From: Candidatus Baldrarchaeota archaeon
GTDB lineage: Archaea; Asgardarchaeota; Baldrarchaeia; Baldrarchaeales; DXJG01
NCBI GenBank assembly: GCA_019056805.1
Contig: DXJG01000009.1
Coordinates: 306,769-338,768, forward strand
Reading direction: 5' to 3'
Length of the DNA stretch: 32,000 bases
In this document: positions 27,899 to 32,000 of the stretch, in pieces
Layout: each line of letters opens with the position of its first letter
Numbering within the stretch: position 1 is the first letter of the stretch
Program-made: the position numbers and the translations under genes
Notes under the pieces: model-generated
What the model was told of the DNA's origin: nothing
Seen by the model: only the letters and a program-made list of their open reading frames with translations
The model's database searches: none

Positions 27899-29413
27899 AT
27901 GTCTTCTGACGGTAAATCTGGGTCAGTGGGTTTTTCCAAAGTTGTTCGTAGTAGTTTCTGGATCTATGCAACCAGCTTTGTAAATAATGCATTTGGTTTC
28001 ATATTTTGGCTTTCAATTTCTTTCATCGTAGGACCCTCTATCGTCGGTATCCTCAGTGCAATTTCCAGTCTAGCTAATCTCTTTGCTTACGTTCTTAGTC
28101 TTGGGATTCCTGTTGGGCTTACCCGCTGGCTTGGCCATTCCATTGGCAGCGGTAAAACTGTTGAAGCTAAAAAATTCTTCTGGTCTGGATCACTCTTTCT
28201 AATCACCTTAATCGTACCTGTTTCATTGACATTGGGCTTTATGGGCTACATTGGTTTAGGTTTCAGCAGATATAACTCCCTCACGCTAATTTTCATTTCT
28301 ATATTTCTAATATTTAGTTTAAATGTCATTTTAATTTCTCTCTATATGGGATTTATGAAAACTTTCCCCTACTTCCTTTCCACACTAATCGGTCAAATTC
28401 TAAGGATTGTTGTTGGTATTCTTCTAGTTTTAATAGGATTTGGATGGGTTGGTGCCGCCATCGGATATTTAATGGTTTCTATCATTACAACCTTAATAGG
28501 AATATTTTATATCGCTAAACTGATCGGCTTTACTCCGTCCTTCTCTACAAAACACCTTCTAAAACTCTTAAAAGCAGGAATTCCAAGCTGGATCCCAGGA
28601 ATGATAGTGATTATCGGACAACAATTAGCAGTTATTAGTGTTTTTATAATGGTTGGTGCAGCCGAAACTGGAACCTTCTACATAGCATTTACAATTGGAA
28701 GCTTTGTCATCGGCATAGCCTTGGCAGTTCAGCGGATGATGCTTCCCTACCTAAGCGGATTAACTGACGGTAGAAAAAGAGCTGCTTGGAACTCATTGAG
28801 AGTAGGATTAGCATTCACAATGCCCCTAGTTATCGGAGTCGGTTTATTCCCCGAATATATCCTCGGTTTATTAGGACCAAGTTATGCAAAGGCTTGGCTT
28901 GAACTTGAAATAATTATGTCCTCCTCCCTACTACTCGTTTTCATCTCTGCAGTTAATAATCTCTGCTATGCCTACGAGAAATACTACTACGTCTTTCTCA
29001 TAGGACTCGTCACGAGCATTCCCAGACTAATCCTCTATATCATCCTAACGCCTATCTGGGGTTCTACTGGTACTGCATTATCCTTTGCCATAGGTAGTGT
29101 CACAGGAATCTTTACCGCTCTAATAATCGCCCCAAAAGTTGGCCTAAATTTCAACTGGCAAACACTGACCTCGATTTTCATCACCTCTTTAGCAATTGGA
29201 ACTCCTCTCGGCCTCCTATTCAAACTTTTTATTCCAAAACTTTGGATCATAGGCCTCAGCATAACTATTATTTTAAACTATATCATCCTCATGAAAATTA
29301 AAATCATAACAAAATTCGATATTATTGAGATAGGTAAAGCAATAATTCCAAAGAAATATCAACCAACAATTTACGACCTGGCAAAACCATTAATCGACCT
29401 AATATACGGATAA
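27899..29413 (+). CDS. Oligosaccharide flippase (Wzx/RfbX, MOP superfamily)
   Basis: About 14 TM helices with LSLGIPVGLTRW, GFGWVGAAIG and GAAETGTFYIA. Located in the glycan cluster. Confidence 0.85.
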   Translation: MSSDGKSGSVGFSKVVRSSFWIYATSFVNNAFGFIFWLSISFIVGPSIVGILSAISSLANLFAYVLSLGIPVGLTRWLGHSIGSGKTVEAKKFFWSGSLFLITLIVPVSLTLGFMGYIGLGFSRYNSLTLIFISIFLIFSLNVILISLYMGFMKTFPYFLSTLIGQILRIVVGILLVLIGFGWVGAAIGYLMVSIITTLIGIFYIAKLIGFTPSFSTKHLLKLLKAGIPSWIPGMIVIIGQQLAVISVFIMVGAAETGTFYIAFTIGSFVIGIALAVQRMMLPYLSGLTDGRKRAAWNSLRVGLAFTMPLVIGVGLFPEYILGLLGPSYAKAWLELEIIMSSSLLLVFISAVNNLCYAYEKYYYVFLIGLVTSIPRLILYIILTPIWGSTGTALSFAIGSVTGIFTALIIAPKVGLNFNWQTLTSIFITSLAIGTPLGLLFKLFIPKLWIIGLSITIILNYIILMKIKIITKFDIIEIGKAIIPKKYQPTIYDLAKPLIDLIYG

Positions 29414-29503
29414 ATACCATTTGCTAAATTCTATGTCTTTAGGAACTTTTTTATCTTTAAACCTAAAAAATCAACCATCCATAAATCAATTAGGTGCTGT
29501 TAT

Positions 29504-29891
29504 ATGAAGCCAAGTAAAGATACTGTACCTTATAGCGGCATTCAAACCTTCCTCGGCCGACCATTTATTGAAAAACCCAAAGGAGACGAAGATGTCGTTG
29601 TAGTAGGTGTGCCCCTCGATGCAGGAACATCCTACATGCCCGGTGCAAGATTCGGACCAGCCGGCATTAGAAGAGCATCAATGACCTACAAATTCTACGA
29701 TGAAAACCAAGGACTCCTAGACACCTCCCACGAGAAAATTATTCTAAAAAACATAAAAATAGTTGACTTAGGAGACATGAACCTACCCTTCGGAGACCAA
29801 AAAACACAATGAACACCATATACAAGAAAGCCCTAGAACTCAAAGGACTAAAAGCATTTAGAATATTCCTAGGAGGCCACTCAATAACCTA
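29504..29891 (+). pseudogene. speB: Agmatinase/ureohydrolase pseudogene, 5' part
   Basis: GVPLDAGTSYMPGARFGPAGIRRAS and DLGD motifs. One-base loss in the A6 run near 29798-29805 shifts the frame. GGDHSITY is reduced to GGHSITY, then cut by the tnpB element. Confidence 0.85.
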
Positions 29892-29990
29892 CCGTTCTAG
29901 GAGACTTGACATTTTATGGTGTTTTGTCTCCTTTCCTCCCTCTGTTTTCATTGGGAGGCTTTCGGCGGGAACGGGGCTCGCCACATCTAT
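29875..29990 (-). ncRNA. Predicted reRNA of the third TnpB (scaffold to 29892, guide from 29891 downward)
   Basis: Hairpins CCTCCC/GGGAGG (29935-29958) and GGAGAC/GTCTCC (29900-29931) overlap the tnpB 3' end. Boundaries are inferred. Confidence 0.6.
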
Positions 29991-31064
29991 CTGTTTTAAA
30001 CCTCTTAACCTAATATTCCATGCTCCAATAATATCTCTATCAGCAATTAATCCACATCTTTTACATTTCAGAATTCTATGCCCATTCGGGCTTAATTTTG
30101 CCCCACATATCGGGCATAAAGAACTTGTACCACGGGCATTAACATAAATTATGGGAACTCCATTCAATTTTGCCTTATATTCTATGATTAATTGAAGTTT
30201 TCTAAAACTCCACCTATGCAACCTACCATTCATTTTCTTTGAGTATTTTATCTTCTTTCTAATGTTTTTAAGATTTTCCAATGTTATCGCTGAACCCGTT
30301 TCTAAAGCTTCTTCAACAATCCAATTTGCAGCCTTATGATAAATATCCAGTATTCTATTTCTCTCTCTTCCAGAATATTTGACCAATAACTTTCTCCTAG
30401 TTTTTCCAACTTTAATTTTAGATTGTATTTTTCTACGCTTAAGGAAATAAACAGTTCTAATAACTTTCTCTCTCGTAACCTTCTTCCCGAAACCATTTAG
30501 CTTAGCTATTGTAACATTATTTTCATTAACATCAACGCCAATAACATCAATTGGCTTTTCAACCTCAATATCTTTTGAGAAAACAACATTCAAAAACAAC
30601 TCATAATCCTTCTTTATCAACCATGCTTGTCCAACCTTCCAATCCCTAAACCTCTCATGATATTTTCTGTGAATTAACTTTAACTTAACTCTTCCATTAG
30701 GAGTAGCTATACTAACAAACAAATTGTTCAAATTAAGAGAGAACAGTTTTTCATCGAGCATTATAACGTCTTTCTTAAATTGAGGTTTATCTCCCTTAGC
30801 TTTACCTTTACGCTTAAGCTTCCTAAACGATTTATAGATTGAACAAGCCATTTGACAAGCTGTGTAAATGTAATGTGAAGGTAGGTTAGGATATTTTTCT
30901 CTAAGTTCATAATATCTTTCTGCTTTAAGCTTTTTAAAAGAAGATATATTTTTAAATGAAGCATAGTCCAATAACTCATTTACAATCTGCTTATATAAAC
31001 TGAATATATCGGGAATTTCTCCATCAAGCTTGAAGCTTGCAGTAAGCTTAACGAATTCCCTCAT
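29889..31064 (-). CDS. tnpB: TnpB RNA-guided endonuclease, 391 aa
   Basis: RuvC-I GVDVNE, RuvC-II TLENL, Zn finger CPIC...CKRC and RuvC-III ADRDIIG are intact. The TAG stop is supplied by flanking host DNA. Confidence 0.92.
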   Translation of the reverse strand: MREFVKLTASFKLDGEIPDIFSLYKQIVNELLDYASFKNISSFKKLKAERYYELREKYPNLPSHYIYTACQMACSIYKSFRKLKRKGKAKGDKPQFKKDVIMLDEKLFSLNLNNLFVSIATPNGRVKLKLIHRKYHERFRDWKVGQAWLIKKDYELFLNVVFSKDIEVEKPIDVIGVDVNENNVTIAKLNGFGKKVTREKVIRTVYFLKRRKIQSKIKVGKTRRKLLVKYSGRERNRILDIYHKAANWIVEEALETGSAITLENLKNIRKKIKYSKKMNGRLHRWSFRKLQLIIEYKAKLNGVPIIYVNARGTSSLCPICGAKLSPNGHRILKCKRCGLIADRDIIGAWNIRLRGLKQIDVASPVPAESLPMKTEGGKETKHHKMSSLLER

Positions 31065-31188
31065 TTCCCCTTCCCCAATAATAATTACCCTTTACTTTAT
31101 CATCGATCTTTAACCCTAAAGATTCTCTAACATTCTTTGGAATAACAATTCTAAACTGCGATTTAACAACCGTTGAAAACTTCTCCAT
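31048..31188 (-). CDS. AbrB/MazE/SpoVT-family protein, 46 aa (overlaps tnpB start by 17 nt)
   Basis: Hand translation: MEKFSTVVKSQFRIVIPKNVRESLGLKIDDKVKGNYYWGRGNEGIR, with RIVIPKxVRExLGLKxxDKV as a textbook AbrB core. GGTGA at 31198-31202. Confidence 0.78.
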   Translation of the reverse strand: MEKFSTVVKSQFRIVIPKNVRESLGLKIDDKVKGNYYWGRGNEGIR

Positions 31189-31223
31189 CGCCACATCTCA
31201 CCATAAAATAATAAAAACAACAG

Positions 31224-31231
31224 TATATAAA
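31224..31231 (-). promoter_or_regulatory. Archaeal TATA box for abrB-tnpB
   Basis: TTTATATA preceded by purine-rich CAGAAG, 21 nt before GGTGA. Confidence 0.55.
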
Positions 31232-31272
31232 CTTCTGATACCTGAACGCCAACAAATATTCCAAAAATTCCA

Positions 31273-31349
31273 CCCTATGTTACTGCCCTAAGATAAATGA
31301 CATAACATCTAAACTAGCAGTATCAATAATACTCGAAACCCTAAGCTCA
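31273..31349 (+). pseudogene. Agmatinase 3' remnant (internal deletion)
   Basis: CCT AT- GTT ACT GCC CTA reads as P-(I)-V-T-A-L and continues SITY. It is followed at once by INDITSKLAVSIILETLSS, resembling the ureohydrolase C-terminal helix. The DAHxD and DxD metal motifs are absent. Confidence 0.5.
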
Positions 31350-31924
31350 AAATTCCCCCAAAACCCAAAACAATAAGAAGCGGCGCCAAAACAACCTTCA
31401 CCACCGTCTCCGTCACCGGAGTCGCTGCACTCAACTCCATCCTATCCAAACCAACAAAAACACTATTCGACGTGCTAAACAAAATCTGACAAATAATCAA
31501 CAAAGACACTAATCGAATAAAAACCCCTATACCCGGCCTCCTCAAAACATACAGAGCAAAATAATCCGAAAAAACAAACGAAACCAAAAAAGAAAGAAAC
31601 CTACCAGCAACTTAAACAAAAATTCATTTCTAATCAAGCCTGCAACCTTAGAATCTTTTCCCTCAGTCCTGAACCGAGCTAAAATATTTAATTAAAGCGG
31701 AATTAACACCAAAATCCGCAAACAAAAAAGGGAACAATTAAACAAACACTATATAAACCGTAGCCTTCAGGACCCAGCAAACGAGCAATAACAATCGAAC
31801 CAACAGCTAAAATCACAGTAGCAACAGTGTTCCCAGCAAAAAGAAACAAACCGCCACGAACACCAGCCTCAGCAACCTCAAAAACCTTACTATTCAACTC
31901 TCCATTACCTCTATCGCTATCCAT
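31350..31924 (-). pseudogene. Truncated, multiply frameshifted oligosaccharide flippase
   Basis: RGGLFLFAGNTVATVILAVGSIVIARLLGPEGYGLY, then across frameshifts in T runs DFGVNSALIKY, LARFRTEG and VVLAPLLIVLGFG. The C-terminal half is missing. Confidence 0.8.
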
Positions 31925-32000
31925 TCAACTAACATCAAATAACTTGTTAATATTACAACATAAAGCACTATAATAGGGAATGTTTATAAGTAGATTAGGC

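Larger units (their letters stand above)
29892..31272 (-). mobile_element. Non-autonomous IS607-like element (abrB-tnpB, no tnpA), about 1.38 kb
   Basis: Minus-strand junctions are CATAGGG|TGGAA... and ...CTAGAACGG|TAGGTT. Removing the insert restores ATA ACC TAC CCT (I-T-Y-P) of agmatinase, and GG is present at both junctions. Confidence 0.7.

Noticed and set aside
29809-30147. Track ORF 29809-30147(+) as a real gene
   Set aside because: It is a chimera of frameshifted agmatinase codons and the antisense of the tnpB 3' end.
1-32000. CRISPR array that would make any TnpB a Cas12f-like effector; tRNA or rRNA genes
   Set aside because: No regularly spaced direct repeats, cas genes, cloverleafs or rRNA-like sequence were seen. 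The other short antisense ORFs in the track overlap well-supported genes.

Overview
AT-rich window of probable archaeal origin (TATA-type promoters, GGTGA/GGAG ribosome-binding motifs, DPM1-like GT2s, archaeal-type TnpB). Most of it (about 5.2-29.4 kb) is a surface-glycan biosynthesis cluster: two Dol-P-type GT2s, a further GT2, GT4s (two as fusions), three GT-C-like membrane proteins, wecB/wecC, a polysaccharide pyruvyl transferase and a flippase. It is flanked by three tnpB genes from clearly different subfamilies. None has a tnpA in the window, but each has a small AbrB/MazE/SpoVT-like ORF overlapping its start (two open, one frameshifted; all missed by the ORF track). A 56%-GC, k-turn-bearing structured RNA candidate (2582-2712) lies divergent from the atypical, Zn-finger-less abrB-tnpB pair. 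The third element has IS607-like GG junctions and interrupts an agmatinase pseudogene, so its empty site, TAM and guide can be reconstructed. The window starts inside an AlkP-superfamily phosphodiesterase gene and ends in a decayed second flippase. No CRISPR array, tRNA or rRNA was seen. All family calls come from motif recognition by eye, not database searches.
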